This document shows positions 62,201 to 64,000 of a DNA stretch of 64,000 nucleotides, one piece after another (the first letter of the stretch is position 1; every line of letters begins with the position of its first letter). Location: contig JBEUKZ010000023.1 in NCBI GenBank assembly GCA_048128005.1, positions 248,001 to 312,000 on the forward strand. Direction: 5' to 3'. The notes below the pieces were generated by a model. It worked only from the letters and a program-made list of their open reading frames with translations. It was not told the origin of the DNA and did no database searches. The position numbers and the translations under genes are program-made. Source of the stretch: Veleropilina oligotropha (Eukaryota).

Positions 62201-64000
62201 TTTAAGTTATTAATAAATGAATGATGGTGTTGCGTAGTAGCTACGTAGTTATGATGCTAAATCCCGAAGTCATGCAGAGACCTGAATTTGATTTGATCTC
62301 AAAGCATAATATATCCTGGGAATTGTTCAACTATCGCAATCAAAGTGGCCAATTTCTCCTTCATTTTTGACGTATTACTATGATTTAGTCAAGTTATTAA
62401 AATGCACATGTATGAATGATATATATTTCTTACTGAAATTGGTGTGCACCCAATGTTGCCCGATCACTTTAACCTATAACAAAAAAAACCTTGTCAACAA
62501 GGTATCTAGAGCTAGTTCACATTTTGATATAATCTTCTAATCCTAATAAAGAATCCATTTATCTAATGGATTACTTGTTATTGAATGAACAACCTTGACC
62601 TTGCTGTAAGTGCATTTCACACTTGACTGTCATCGTGAACAACATGAAAAAACATACACATGCACATATCTTGTTTACAGGTACAGGTAATGTAAACAAA
62701 GGATGTTTACTGGAGCGATCAGAAAATGAAAACGACTTATTAATGGATGATCAGTATGCATATGCGAACTGTTAATTAAATAAATTTCCATTAAATCTCG
62801 CTAAAATGACACACGGCACACCTTAGAATCGAATTGACGTACCTGGCCCAGCATCATAACCACTAGGTTACGCCGCCACTTTATCATTACCAGTAATGTT
62901 CCATTAAAAACTAGAATGCCCGGTCACCCGTGACTCTTGGCCATATGTATCCCTGGAAAATCCAAGATGGTAGCCACGGCAGCCATTTTGGAGGTCGGAC
63001 CACACCCGAATTATATAGATTTAGTGTTAATAATGACCATACTAAATTTGACAACATACCATTGAGAAATGACCTGTCTAGAGCAACCAATGTGCACACC
63101 AATTAGAAAACATTGCGTTACGAAATGACCTGCCTAGAGCGATCAAGAGGAATCTCTCGGTGGATGCAACGGCAGTGGCGTAACGGAAGCTAAACCATAT
63201 GTAGTATCCACTGAAGGTTATCGGGGGGGGGGGGGGGGGGACACAATAACTCTCTCCATGGTCATCTCAGGTCTCCGACAACTTTTCTACCTCGATCACA
63301 TAATATAATAGAGAAATGATACATCTCACACGGAAGTACTTCACGTTTACTTTTTCATTACCCATTTGTACTAGCCGTGCAAATTTCTGAGTATTGTCGT
63401 TTCAGGTTATTATAGCCAATTTTCCTTCGATAACAACAATAACATCAACAACATGTAAATTGAATTGTTGGAGGAAAAGGCTCAGACACTAACAGCATCA
63501 TTGCAAACCAATTACATTTATATTTTGCATAGCCCTCAGGATACGAAATACGGATAACAATGAAACAAAACCTGACACAGTTTACCAGTGGTTTCGCACA
63601 TTTAATCCCTGTATGGTCATGAACTTTATACATACATGACCTGCTCTGTTTCGATGTTTACAAGACCCCAGAGAGCCTTACAAGCTGTTCAACAACCACT
63701 TTCCCTTGATTATTGTGGCCAGACAACTCTGGTGACCTCCCCAGGGTCACGACCCAAGATTGACCCAAACAGGGTATTATTGTTGTCAATAATGCTGCAG
63801 CCAACTTGGTGTTTCAGACGCAGGGATCAAAACATGATCGCAAAGACTTAGAGAAATGGATCTGCATGTAAACACTAATAAAAATACCTACATATAATGT
63901 GTTTCTTCCACAGACAGAATATACCATTTCGTATTATATTTTAATTAACTTATAAATATCAGATCTTGTAGAGTAATTTAATTACATAAACTAAACAAGA

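Noticed and set aside
53760..64000. Further SH2B exons or other genes
   Set aside because: Only repeat-derived short ORFs recognised; upstream exons are probably beyond the window, though small ones could be missed

Overview
AT-rich, repeat-dense invertebrate (probably molluscan) nuclear DNA. The main feature is an apparently intact ~15.5 kb GC-rich endogenous DNA virus (7518-22972) with 137-bp perfect terminal inverted repeats, AG..CT ends and a TATTG target duplication. It encodes a retroviral-type integrase, an A32-like packaging ATPase, putative double jelly-roll major and single jelly-roll minor capsid proteins, a PX/'gasderminX'-like protein, several membrane proteins and a secreted Cys-rich protein. 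Unlike canonical Polintons/adintoviruses, it has no recognisable adenain protease, and its replicase is a single ~1286-aa fusion: Rho-N-like, vOTU-like, divergent PolB, SF1 helicase, HNH. The virus sits at the centre of 3-4 nested MITEs, and an empty copy of its target repeat lies at ~58.2 kb. The window also contains a complete DIRS1-type tyrosine-recombinase retrotransposon (34858-42115), an intronless ZNF277 gene, six 3' coding exons of an SH2B/Lnk adaptor gene on the minus strand, and many MITEs, HINE-like elements, SINEs and microsatellites. All family calls are from motif recognition by eye; no database search was run.
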